From: Callorhinchus milii
Lineage: Eukaryota
Length of the DNA stretch: 64,000 nt
Reading direction: 5' to 3'
Assembly: GCF_018977255.1 (NCBI RefSeq)
Contig: NW_024704742.1
Span: 71,736,001-71,800,000, forward strand
Positions 51,083 through 63,226 of this stretch are shown here, in pieces. A program made the position numbers and the translations under genes. Each line of letters starts with the position of its first letter. Position 1 is the first letter of the stretch. The notes beneath the pieces were generated by a model. The model worked only from the letters and a program-made list of their open reading frames with translations, had not been told where the DNA came from and ran no database searches.

Positions 51083-53859
51083 ATCTTCTCTGCTTCAAGA
51101 ATAATCTTAGCCATTCTAGTCTTTCCACGTAATTTAAAGTTCCTTATTCCTGTATCATTCTTGTAAATCTGATCTGCGCCTTATTTATAACAACAAAAAA
51201 TTATAATATAATTTTAAAAATTTGGTCACTCAATCCACGACTGTTTGTGGGACGCTGCTGTGCGCAATTGGCTGCCACATTTTGCCCACAAAATACAGTC
51301 AATCTACTTTACAGTATATTCTGTTAAGAGCTTTGGGATGTCTCAACGACGTGATAGGGGGCGACATCAAATGCAAGGATTATTATTATACTCACAATTG
51401 CAACTCTCACGTGGGGAGGACGTCTCAAAGCTCTTCACAGGATTCACTGTAAAGTGTAGTGTCTATATTATGTAGGCCACTGCAGCAACCAATTTGCACA
51501 CAGCTCGTTTCTCTCTCCCAGTGTCCTGGCCGACAATTCTCCAGATAAAATCAATCATTCATGTCATGGCTGTTTGGGGAACATTGCTTTGCGCAAATTG
51601 TCTGCCACATTACATAATTACAAAATATCACGTCGTTGAATTTTACAGTAAAATCAAGTGAAGTGCTCTGAGACATTGGTTGGTGTGATGAGGCGCTGTA
51701 TCAAATGCAAAGATTATTAATTATTATTGTTAAGAGAACTTAGAGCGTCTTAAATATTAAAATGTCTCAGAGAGCTTTACAATCATCATACATGGAATTG
51801 AGTCCTGTAGTGTGATGGTTAGTGCGCTCACCTCACAATCGAGAGGACCCTGGTTCGATTTCCGGGCAGATCAAAACTTTGGACAAGTTTCCTTACTGCA
51901 CACGTCTCGATTTACCTAGCAGTAAGTCGGAACTCGGTTGATAGTCGATTGACGGATCGCTTTCCGGGGGTAATAATCCCTCAAAAGTATAATAATAATT
52001 TGTCCACTCAATCCACGACTGTTTGTGGGACATCGCTGCGCACAATTGGCTGCCCCATTTTGCCCACAAAATACGTCTCAATGATGTGAAAATATTCCCA
52101 CCTCTCTCATACATGCATTGTTTCCTCTTTAAATGCCTTAATTCTTTCTGCTTTGACCACAGCCTCTGGTAGTGAATCCAGTGTATTGTTATTTATTATT
52201 CGGGGGAGGAGTGGGGTGGGGTTAAGTAAATGGAGCAGCCATGTTGCACACAGCAAGGTCCTACAACTTGGCAGGAGTGAACAAGGGATCCAGCTGGAGG
52301 ATTGTCAGCAAGGACATCAGGAGAAACTCCCTTCTCTTCTCTGAAAGTGTGACAGGATCGTTAATGTCCATCTGTGCAGCCACGACTTTGGTTTGAAGTC
52401 TCATCCGACTTCAATACTTTAATATTTAAGCGTCTGACCAGTCTCCTGGAGCCTAAACTCCTGGCGTCTCACTCACGCCCAGCCCCCAAACCACCCTCAC
52501 AACAGGGTCAAGTGCAGGAGAGCAGCCAGAGAGAGACTGTTCAACTCAACTCTGATCAGAACTCATCATTACCCTCTTCTCAAATCCCCCGCATTAATTC
52601 CAACCGACGCTTGCCTTTCACAAAGCCACAAGACACGGAGATATCTCTATGTCATCATGGGGTGGAGCGGGTGGGGGTGGGGGTAAGAGTCACTCTGCTC
52701 TGTTGGATCCAAACAAGGATTGAAAGATTCCAACACAGACCCCTCAAATCCCCACACACTCAAGCCTCCGAGACCCCTGCCTGAACATTTGAGACCTCTC
52801 AACTATGTGATAAGGCACTATATCAAATGTGAGGATTATTATTATTATATTTAACATTGACCAGTGCTCTACCCAAGTCTGCAAGAGTGTCAGCACAAGT
52901 CTTCTGCCGCAAACAGTCACTTTACTTGACAGCAAATCAACACAACAACTTGCGTTTATTCCACAAACATTCGTGGATTGAGGAGTTCAGTGACAACATT
53001 TTTAATATAATTTTTTTTTCGAGGGATTATTACCCTGGAAAGCAATCCGCCAATTGACTAACAACCGAGTTCCTACCTACTGCTAGGTGAACAAGAGACG
53101 GGTTGAGTAAGGAAACTTTTGGCAACGCCCGGAAATCAAACCTGGGTCCTCTCTCCTGAGTGGTGAGCACTCTACGCCACAGGATTATTATTAGTTTGGT
53201 TATTTCATGTCAATCAGGCCCCCAGCCGGCAGCCCAAATAATAAAACCCTGCAGCCGCCCAGTGCTGCACCCAGCGGAGGAATCTCCTGTCAGGTCACAA
53301 ACAAGCCTCAGCCCTACTAAACCGAGAACTAATAACCACACCACAGCCACAGTACTGCAGACAGCCCCACCTGGCTCCCAGAGGCCTGAAATTCCACCAA
53401 ATTCCACCTCGGAGGCTAAAGTGCCAGAGTAGTGAAAAATTCTCTGTCCAGCAGATTAGACACACATCAGTCTGTGCCTGTACAGGTGTTTGTTAAAGAT
53501 CCTTCGCACTATTCAAATAATGAATGGAGTTTCTCTCCTGGTGTACTGAATGGAGTTTCTCTCCTGGTGTACTGAATGGAGTTTCTCTCCTGCTGTACCC
53601 CAGATAAAATTCATCACTCACTTCTCGGCCCTTTGTGAGGTGTTGCTGCGCGCAAATTGGCTGCCGCATTCGATTACAAATAAATTGTCACTTTTAATAC
53701 TAAAAAATAATCATAATCCTTGCATTTGACATTGCGCCTTATCACGACTATGAGACTTCTCACAGCATTTCACAGAATAAACTGTTCCAGACAAAGGGAA
53801 ATTTCCTTGTGTACGTGGCACACAATGTGGAACTCTCAGTTTGGTTTGGAAACTCTAAA

Positions 53860-54155
53860 GCCAAGTGATGGGTTTCTGTGTGCGATCGACAGCAGCTGAA
53901 CAGAGTGCTGGATTTCTGTATGGTCTGAAACCTGACTGATCACAGTGATCGCTTTCCATGTGTGTCAGTCAGACAGACACCTGGATGAACATGGTGATGA
54001 GTTTCTGTGTGTGTCAGAAACCTGGCTGATCATGGTGATGCGTTTCCATGTGTGTCAAACACCTGGCTGATAACAGTGATGGGTGTCTATGTGTGTCAAA
54101 CACCTGGCTGACAACAGTAATGGGTGTCTATGTGTGTCAGACACCTGGCTGACAA
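53860..54155 (+). repeat. About 40-bp minisatellite (same unit at about 8158-8285)
   Basis: Unit ctgatcacagtgatgggtttccatgtgtgtcagacacctgg. Confidence 0.85.
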
Positions 54156-56400
54156 CAAAGAAAAATCCCTGGCAAACACTTTTTAAATAAACTGGCACCA
54201 CCACACCATTCTGGACAAATACTTCAATAAGAGCTGTTGGCTGGTTGTGCTGCTATGTGAGTATGGCAGTCAAAAATAATAATACTAGTATTTGATATAG
54301 AGCCTTTTCACATCATTGAGATGTCTCAAAGTGCTTCACAGGATATACTATAAGTGTAGTGACTGTATGTTTTGTGGGCAAAACACAGCAGCCAGGTTGA
54401 GCACAGCAATATCCCACAAACAGCTATGCAGCGAGTGACCAATTTTATTTGGGGGATTGTTGGCCGGGACACGGGGAGTGAGAAACTGCCTTCTCTTTTC
54501 AAATAGTGCTAAGAGATCTTTATCATCCAGTTGAACAGGCAGATAAGACCTTGGTTTAACATCTCAACCGAAACAACAACAACAAGATTCCATTTATAGA
54601 GCGCCTTTCACGTCGGGAGGACGTCCCAAGGCGCTGGACAGTTGGGTCAGGACCCGAGTAGGGGGAAAATGGTCAGGGTGAGGGGAGCGAAGGGAGGGAG
54701 CGAGGAGGGGGTAGAGAGTCGAGAGGGGAGCTGAAGGCACGGTCAAGGAGAAAGGTCTTGAGACCGGCCTTGAAGGAGGAAAGGGAGGAGGCGGCGAAGG
54801 CACTGGGGGATAGAGTTCCAGAGCCAAACATTGAAAGTGAGTGTCCCTTTAAGAAACAAGGTGTAAGTGAGCACATACCCAGTTGTTAGTCAATTGCAGA
54901 TTGCTTTCCTGGGGTAATAATAACTCAAAAAAAATAATTTGTTCACTTAATCCTGGACTGTTTGTGGAACACTGCTGTGTGCAATTGGCTGCTGCGTTTC
55001 ACCCACAAAATACACAGAACATTTTACAATATTCTGAAGCATTTTGAGATGTTTCAATGACGTGATAAGACACTATATCAATTATTATTAATGACAGCAC
55101 AGATGACCATATTGCCTGCTCTTAACATCAAGGTGTCAGCTTAGTTCAGTCACTCGCCCTCTAGTCTCTAGATCAGAAGATTGTGACTTTTTTCTCATAG
55201 TCCAGCCTGTCCCAGTGCAGCGTTGGGGGAAGCACTGCATTGTCAGAGCGCCAGCCTTCAGGTCAGATTTTAAACTGAGGCTGTCTGCCTGTTCAGATGG
55301 ACGTTAACAATCTTGCAGCATAATTGGAGAAGAGAAGGGACGTTATCTCTCCCGGTGTCCTGGCAACCGATAAAAAATTGTCATTCACCTCACAATTGTG
55401 TGCGGGACATTGCTGTCGACAAAATAGCTTGGCACATTCGCCTGCAAAATACAGTCACCGTATTCCTGAAATGTTACAGGCACTATACGAATCCAGAATT
55501 TTTTGTAATTTGCCTACAAAACAGAGTCACTACACTTTACAGTGAATCCTGTGAAGCTCTTTGAGACGTCCTCCCAAAATGACAGGTCTTGTATCTGTGA
55601 GCAGTTGACTGTCTCGTTTCTCCCACAAAATATAGTCCCATTCATTTTACAGTATATTCCGTGAAGTGCTTTGAGAAGTCCCAACAACACGATAAGGCAC
55701 TATATTAAATACAAGGTTTATTATTATCGATATAGGTATTATTATAATTTCTTTCTTGAAAAAAAATAATAAAAATAATAATAATTTGGTCACTCAATCT
55801 GCAGCTGTTAATGGGAAAAAGCTGTGCACAAGTAGCTGCCGTGTTTCGCCCACAAAACAACCAGTTAATTCCCTTTACAGTATATGAAGCGCTTTGAGAT
55901 GTCGCAAAGGCGTGATAAGGCACTATATCAAATGCAACGATTATTATTATTATTGAGTTTACTTGGTCTCACACCCTGTAAATATTACCCCTCTTCTCTA
56001 CATTCTCCCCCATCCCCACTGTGCTACATGCACAGATTCCAATCGGATGTGTTCACTGGGGGATTCAGAACTAGATCATCCACACACAGGAGGGAGCTGA
56101 GTATTTTATAGTGACATGCACAGACTTGTCCCATTTAAGCCAAAACTGGGTCACACCTTCATAGACCAGCCCAGCTCTCTTCATACAGCAGGACAGCCTC
56201 CCAATAACTGATCCAATTCCCAGCGTTGTGCCTCATTCCCAGTGACATTCCTGACAATGCAAGCTCTCTGAATGCTGAAGGGTACCGTGTAAATGCAAGT
56301 TGTTGTTGAAGCTGTTATATTCCAATTCTTCCTGGATAACATTCCTGCTATGATATCCTATTCCCACTGATGTTCCCCACATTATATCCCATTTCCATTG

Positions 56401-56806
56401 GTGTCAGCCTGCACAGTTAGCGCTCTCCCCGGAGTCAGAAGGCTCTCGGTTCAAACCCCATATCAGGACTTAGAATCACATAGTCTTAGCTGACAATCCA
56501 GTGCAGTGCTGGGGGTGTGTTGCATTGCCGGAGGTGCCGACCTTCGGATGAGACGTTACATTGAGCTCCCGCCTGTGCCTGTTTACGTGGGCGTCAAAGA
56601 TGCCACGGCACTATTTGAGAAGGGCGTTTCTCTCCCGGTGTCCTGGCCCACAATACCCAAAATTAAATTGGTCACTCACTCCATGTGCTGTGTGCAAACT
56701 GACCGCCCTGTCCGGCCCCCACCAAACACCCCCCACCCACCGCACTGCCCTCTGAGACGTCTTCATAACGCAATAAGGGGCTGTATCAAATGTAAGGATT
56801 ATTATT
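56401..56806 (+). mobile_element. Deu-domain SINE
   Basis: As above. Further copies at about 5540-5725(-), 9590-9965(+), 15060-15400(+), 21952-22332(-), 55133-55570(+). Confidence 0.8.
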
Positions 56807-56960
56807 TTTCCCAATGATATTCCCAACGTATATCTCCCATTCCCAGTGGCATTATGTGCCATTCCCAATGATATCATTACATGCCATTCCTGAAGGCACT
56901 CCCCACATTATATCCCATTCCCAGTATATCCCGGTCCCGGTCCCGGGGAGCTATCTGTAC

Positions 56961-57058
56961 CTGAGGGTGGGCCCGATGCAGGCCGTGTCAGTGCTCTCGA
57001 TTTCCCGCAGGATCCGCTCGTGCTCGGCCGCCGCCTCCAGACTCCCGGCCTCCGCCAT
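56961..57058 (-). CDS. EXOC6B: Exocyst complex component 6B (Sec15b), first coding exon
   Basis: Translates MAEAGSLEAAAEHERILREIESTDTACIGPTL(R), matching the recalled vertebrate EXOC6B N-terminus. Kozak context acaATGG, phase-2 donor AG|gtacag, inside a CpG-rich segment. Confidence 0.95.
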
Positions 57059-57290
57059 TGTGGTCTCCGCCCGCTGCCGCCTGACGTCACCACGCACCAG
57101 ATGCCGTGACGTCACAAACGTGCACGTCGCCCTGGCCGGCAGCGCCGAGCGGACGTTTCCCCGCCCCCACCGCCTCGGCCCCGCCCCTAACACCCAGGCC
57201 CCGCCCCCACCGCCTCGGCCCCGCCCCCACCACCTCGGCCCCGCCCCACCGCCCCGGCCCCGCCCCCACCGCCCCCCAGAGGGCTGTCCT
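57059..57290 (-). promoter_or_regulatory. EXOC6B: EXOC6B CpG-island promoter / 5' UTR
   Basis: Two perfect CRE palindromes TGACGTCA (57082-57089, 57107-57114), tandem GC boxes (CCCGCCCC repeats about 57158-57277), high CpG density directly upstream of the ATG. Confidence 0.8.
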
Positions 57291-57479
57291 GGATGACTTG
57301 TGAATTCAAATAGGAGCAGCTGAGCCGGAATGAGATCACTGGGGGTCAAATACTAATTCATTCCACAATGTTACATAACAAGAGGTTTTCATACAAAGGT
57401 CGACGAAGGCGGTTTTGATGACTTTCTGGACATACATTTAACACCTCAACGTCATGTATATCAAACAGATCTGATTAGT

Positions 57480-58445
57480 GGACCTAATACCGACCTCTGG
57501 GGGACACCACTGTATACTTCCCTCCAGTCTGAAAAACAACCATTCACCACTGCCCTCTGCTTTCTGTCTCATGGCCAATTTCGTATTCATGCTGCCACTG
57601 TTCTTTTTATCCCATGGGCTTCAATTTTGTTAACTAGTCTATTATATGGCACCTTATCAAACGCCTTCTGAAAGTCCAAATACACTACATCAACTGCAAT
57701 ACCTTCATCAATCCTCTACGGTATTTATTCAAAGAACTCAAGTTAAGTTTGCCTTTAACAAATAGGTGCTGACTGTCGTTAATTAACATGTTTTTCCAAA
57801 TAAAAATTATTTTTGGTCTCTAGAAGTTTCCCCACCACCGATGTTAGGCTGACTGGCCTATAGTTACCAGATTTATTCCTCTCCCCCATTTGCAACCCTC
57901 CAGTCCTCAGGCACTACTCCCATATCCAAGGAAGATTGAAAGCTTGTGGCCAGAGCCTCCACCCTAACTTCCCTCAGTAATCCAGGATGCATCCCATCCA
58001 GAACAGATGAAATTTCTACTTTGAGCACTGCTAACCTTTTAAGTACCTCCTCTATTTTTAATCTTATCTAATTTCTCTACCTCCTCCTCCTTTACTGTGA
58101 CACTGCCGGTATCCTCTTTTGTGAAGACAGATGCAAAGTACTCATTCAGTACCTTGGCCATGCTCTCTGCCTCCACAAGAAGTTTTCCTTGTTGGTCCCT
58201 GATCGGCTCCACTCTTGCTTTGACCATCCTTTTACTCTTTATATGTTTTCAGAAGACTGTAGTGTTCCCTTCTATGTCACCCGCTAATCTTTTCTCATAT
58301 GCTCTCTTTGCCCCTCTTATTTCCGTTCTCAGTTCTCCTCTGCACTTATTGTATTCTGCTTGATTCTCTAGTGTATTTTGAACTTGACATTCATCATAAA
58401 CCTCCTTTATCTGTTTCATTTTAATCCCAATTTTCTTAGTCATCC
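57480..58445 (-). mobile_element. CR1 LINE ORF2 internal fragment
   Basis: AKVLNEYFASVFTKED and IRGAKRAYEKRLA in the ORF track; NYRPVSLTSVVGK and SGVPQRSVLGP readable on the minus strand. Confidence 0.85.
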
Positions 58446-58600
58446 AGGGAGCCCTTTCCCCCTCACAGGAAAGAGCACCACAAGATCACAAAGATTAAAT
58501 TGGATGAAGAAGGTTTTGGCCGATCCAGTCTCATCCTTGCAGAGCACACACCCACCCTAATGTCGTAGCATCAAGCTGCTTTTTAACTAGCACAGCCCAC

Positions 58601-59218
58601 ACAACAACAAGATTACATTTGTATAGCTCCTTTCACGTCAGGAGGACATCCCAAGGCGCTGGACAGAGTAGAGCATTTCAGACCCGAGCTGAGGTTGGGG
58701 GGGTAAAGGGAGGGGAGGGGAAGGGGGGTGACCAATGGCATGGTTAAAGAGGAGGGTCTTGAGGCGAGACTTGAAGGAGGCTAAGGAGGGGGCGAGATGG
58801 AGTGACTGGGGGATGCAATTCCAGGGGTTGGGGGCATAGTGGCTGAAGGCTCTCCTGCCAATGGTGGGGCAGGTGGGTCGGGGACGTGGAGCAGGCCAGA
58901 GCCGGCTGAGCAGAAGGAGCGGGCAGGTTGGTAGGGGGTTAGGAGGTCGCAGAGGTAGGGTGGGGTGAGGCCATGGAGGGCTTTGTAGGTGAGGACCAGG
59001 ATCTTGAACTGGATCATCTGAAGGATAGGGAGTCAATGGAGTCAGGCGAGAGTGGGGGAGATGGGTTACGGAGTTTGGTGCGGGAGAGGTCACGGGCTGC
59101 AGAGTTCTGGATTAGGCTGACAAGCAGGGCATTTGCATAGTCGAGCCTGGAGGTGATGAAGGCATGAACAAGAGTTTCAGCGGCCTGAGGGGTGAGATAG
59201 TGGCGGAATCGGGTGATG
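58601..59218 (-). mobile_element. L2-clade LINE 3' fragment
   Basis: IQFKILVLTYKALHGL motif and L2 tail; continues at 59705-60570 after a younger inverted L2 insertion. Confidence 0.8.
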
Positions 59219-59232
59219 ACCTACAAGGGTGG

Positions 59233-59705
59233 GACCTACAAGGCCATTCACGGCCTTGCTCCCTCCTACCTCTCCAACCTACTATCCCCCTACCTACCTG
59301 CCCGTACCCTCCGTTCCTCTGGCTCCGGTCTGCTCCACGTCCCCCGCCCCAACCGCCCTACCATCGGTGGTCGGGCCTTCAGCCTCTCAGCCCCCAGGCT
59401 CTGGAACTCCATCCCCCAGTGCCTTCGCCTTGCTTCCTCCCTTTCCTCCTTCAAGGCCGGTCTCAAAACCTTTCTCTTTGACCGTGCCTTCAGCTCCCCT
59501 CTCGACTCTCTTCCTCCTCCTCGCTCCCTCCCTTCCCTCCCCTCACCCTGACCATTTCCCCCTCCTCTCTCCCTCCCTTCCCTCCCCTCACCCTGACCAT
59601 TTCCCCCCTGCTCGGGTCATGACCCAACTGTGCAGCGCCTTGGGACGTCCTCCTGACGTGAAAGGCGCTCTATAAATGGAATCTTGTTGTTGTTGTTGTT
59701 GTTGA
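59233..59705 (+). mobile_element. Young L2 3' fragment nested in an older L2
   Basis: TYKAIHGLAPSYLSNLL...WNSIPQCLRLASSLSSFKAGLKTFLF plus (GTT)n tail. Confidence 0.85.
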
Positions 59706-60570
59706 TGATACGGAGGTGAGGGAACGCAGAGCGGGTCATGGCTTGGATGTGGGGAAGAAGACAATTGAGGGTCAAACAAGACACCAAGTTCCTGACTGTC
59801 TTGGTGAGTTGAAGTGTGCAACCATGGAGGTTGATGCTGCCGAAGCCTGAGGTGCTGAGGCGCTGGAGTGAGCCAATCAGGAGGGCCTCAGTCTTGTTCA
59901 CATTCAACTGTAGGAAATTTGCCCTCATCCAGGACTTGATGTCCGACAGACGGTCTGTCAGGACAGCAATGGTCCTGGAGTTGAGGATGGTGGCAGAAAG
60001 GTAGAGTTGGGTGTCATCCGTTGACCCCATGTCTATGGATGATGTCACCAAGGGGGAGCATGTAGATATTAAAGAGGAGAGGGCCAAGGACAGAGTCCTG
60101 GGGGACGCCAGATGTGACAGTACGAAGGCTGGAGGAGAAACCATTGGAGGCAACGAAGTGGAGATGGTGAGAGAGACAGCAATCGAACCAGGCAAGTCCA
60201 GATAATAATAATAAAATAATAATCCTTGCATTTGATATAGTGCTTTTCACATCTTCTCGACGTCTCAAAGTGCTTCACAGAATATGCTGTAAAGTGAACT
60301 GACTGTATATTTCTGGGCGAAACGCGGCAGTGAATTGCGCACAGCAGTGTCCCACAAACAGTCATGGATTGAAAATGATGAATTTATTATTGTTTTGTTT
60401 TGGAGGGATTATTATTAGGCGTGTGGAGTTATTAGGCAGATTATTAGGCAGATCCGTGAAGGTTGAAGCGGAGAGGCGGTGGATGAGGATGGAGTGGTCG
60501 ACAGTGTCGAAGGCGGCAGAGAGGTCGAGGAGGACAAGGAGGCAGAGGGAGCCCTGATCACAGATGGTGA
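59706..60570 (-). mobile_element. L2 RT fragment with an inserted SINE (about 60202-60430)
   Basis: [39 protein letters not shown] motifs. Confidence 0.8.
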
Positions 60571-60933
60571 AAGAGCAGAGAGGGATTCGGGATTAGAGCG
60601 AGTTGCTTTTACATGAAAGGTGCTGTGTAATTATTAATTGTGCCTCACAAGGTCTGTTTGCTCAGTTCCATAGTCTGCTCCATTACCAAGAATAGTTGAT
60701 GTTTGTGTCCTTTAGCGTAGTATTAGAGCACTCAACTTGCAAGTGAGAGGGGAGTGGGGGCGGAGCTGGGGCTGGGGGAAGAGCTGGGGGAAGGAGCTGG
60801 GGAGTGTGAAAGAGGCTGGGGGAGAAAGGGAGGGATCACGTCTCCCAGCTTTTATCAGCATGTGTCTCATATCATCAACCAACCTACATCAGATGCACAG
60901 TGGAGCGGTTGTGAGGGGGTCGGGGGGAGGAAG

Positions 60934-61123
60934 TCACTTGTCGTAGAAATCTACATGGGCACCGGACTCGAACTGGTCCCTCACAAGGATGTCCACTAGT
61001 TTTCGGGCAGAATCCTGGGGGTCAGGACATTGCCCTCCGCATACAGAGATTTCGCGGCCTCCCGCACCTCAGGGTCACCCGTCTCTGTCCGGGCCTGGAG
61101 GAACATATCCGTGTCCAGAGGTC
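60934..61123 (-). CDS. SPR: Sepiapterin reductase, last coding exon (apparent 1-bp deletion)
   Basis: ctctgcag|GA CCT CTG GAC ACG GAT ATG (GPLDTDM) ... SGAHVDFYDK* with the stop at 60934-60936. The frame breaks in the G5 run at 61017-61021; one extra base restores LTPQDSARKLVDILVRDQFESGAHVDFYDK. Confidence 0.9.
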
Positions 61124-61334
61124 CTGCAGAGGCCAGGAGGGAAGCAGAGAGTAACTACATAGACTCAAGGAACCACACACCACACAATAGGAAAATTCAC
61201 TCCCCCACTGGAGCTCTTTCCTCTAATCCCATTCCCTGCTCTCTCCCATTCGTGTTTGTGCTGGTGCTCGCTCCCCCACTGGAGCTCTGTACTCACTCTA
61301 ACCCCCCTCCCAATTGTGATGTGTGGAGAGTTAC

Positions 61335-61625
61335 CTGGAGCATAGCTGAGGACCCTGAGGTCTGGCTGTTCTGCCGCCAGCACGTGACACATCATTTCCC
61401 TGGCGGCCTTGCCCATGCAGTACAGAGACCAGGATTTGAAGGGTTTGATGGCACACAGGGAACTGATGTTGACCACAGTACGGGTCAGTCCTGCCTTCTG
61501 CGGGAATGCCCGCAGCACCCCTGCGGACAGACACATGAAGGACGTGACGTTGAGGCTGAAATAGTCCGTGATCTCAGCCGGGCTGGTGAAATCCACAACG
61601 AACTTGGAGACGTCTCCCAGTGAGC
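61335..61625 (-). CDS. SPR: Sepiapterin reductase, internal exon (exon 2, 291 nt)
   Basis: cccgcag|GCTCACTG...GCTCCAG|gtaac. Encodes GSLGDVSKF...RTVVNISSLCAIKPFKSWSLYCMGKAAREMMCHVLAAEQPDLRVLSYAPG, with the SDR catalytic Ser and YxxxK (YCMGK) typical of SPR. Confidence 0.95.
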
Positions 61626-62241
61626 CTGCGGGACCAGAGACACAATGAGAGTGACTGACGGATGTATTCCACCGAGTGTGCAGGCAAACACAGCAGCCAT
61701 TAGGAACACAGCTAGGTTTTGTAAATAGCCGTGAGATAAAGGAGCAATATATCAACAACAACTTGCATTTATATAGTGTTCCTCACATAGGATAGCGTCC
61801 CAGAGTGCTTAAAAGTGACAGAGACTAAAGTTGAGCGATTAGAAGCGAGAAGAGGAAACATTTCTTCACATAGAGGATGGTGTGAGTGTTGAATGCATGG
61901 CCCCAGAAAGCTGGAGGCCCCGCAGCCACATCTGCCATGGGGAGGGAGGGGTGGAGGTGGGGGAAAGACATGAACTCCACAACTTCCTGATGTGCAGGTG
62001 AGAGGGTGCGTGCCTGAGCAGGGCCAGAACACAAGTATGACAGTGAGGCTGCACTTGTTTGTCAAAGTATGCACACGCTGGAAGAATTATTGTCGAGTTC
62101 TGTAGCTCTACGGTTAGAGAATTCGCTTTGATTGTTTGATTCCCGACAGGGCAAAAAGGTTGGGCACGTTTCTTTACCCACAAGCCTCTGTTTACCTAGC
62201 AGTAACTAGAAACCCGGTTGTTAGTCGATTGGCAGATCGCT

Positions 62242-63226
62242 TGTTAGAATCTACACTGTTTGTATACTGCTAGAATCATAATAGATGTTGTGAATGGGTT
62301 AACTTTTAGGTTAAGTGTGGGGGACAACTGGACTGACAGTCATGGGATAGGACATATCTGGTTTTCTCTGTTTTTGAAAGAATAACGGACAGGGGTAGGG
62401 GGGTCACCTCTTATCAGTAAATGACAACAAGCCACAGAGGTAATGGTCCAAGGTACCAGTCGACACAGGATCTCGACTGAGAAATAAGATTCTGACAAGG
62501 CTGCCAACCGACAGAAGGCAACCCTCAAGAATAGCAATTAATGAGCAAGTTGCTTAAACTAGAGGACCTTGGTACCATCCCAGGACACTGATAAGTAATA
62601 ACCAGTCACTTAAAAGGAATGTACTAATGATCCCACACCACAAGATAATGAGCACCAGATACAGTCCTAAACTGATCAATCCTCTATCTCAGACAATTAG
62701 ATCAGATAACAGGGGTCTTAAGGACAATGTGTATGAGGGCTGAGGCACGCGAACCCAACATGATTTCGACCGGGTGATCTACTAATGTCCGCACCATGAT
62801 TGGATGAACATTGGTATAAGAGTTCCGTTAACTTTGTGAAACGGGGCCGTCCCGGGTCGCGGGGACAAGGATACGGGAGATGGGGCCATCCCGGGCTGCG
62901 GAGACAAGGGTACGGAGATGGAAGACTGAGAGCTAGAAACACTAAGACTGAGGATATCAGATGGAACATTGAAAGCTGTAAGCAAGAAGACTGAAAGCAT
63001 GAAGAATCAAGCTTGTGTATTGTAAAGACACAGTGTTGAACTCTTGAACTCGAGATATCTACGGTGGTATTATTCTGTTATAAGATCTGTTGATTGTACC
63101 GGTCTTTGGTCTGACCCATCGGGATATTAGGGAATAACGAACGAATAAAAATAAAACAGTCTGATATCTGGTTAAAGGAATTAGCATTATTTTCCTTACA
63201 GATTTGGCTGATTTTATTTTCTTGCA
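62242..63226 (+). mobile_element. Solo LTR (Gypsy/ERV1-type) inserted in a SINE within SPR intron 1
   Basis: Termini TGTTAGAA...TTCTTGCA, 4-bp TSD CGCT (62238-62241 and 63227-63230). The host SINE resumes exactly after it. TATA-like GTATAAGA near 62815 and AATAAA near 63143. Confidence 0.75.

Noticed and set aside
53519..53597. 26-bp triple tandem repeat
   Set aside because: Local slippage inside a degenerate Deu-SINE.
30740..56960. EXOC6B exon 2 and later internal exons
   Set aside because: Searched by eye for SVYDGEEHGRFMEKL-like coding on the minus strand (and for the FARSGPVPGF exon left of 17589) and found none; cannot be fully excluded without tBLASTN.
61030..61761. ORFs 61030-61623(+) and full-length 61165-61761(-)
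   Set aside because: Antisense shadow and intronic extensions of SPR exon 2; only 61335-61625 is bounded by splice sites.
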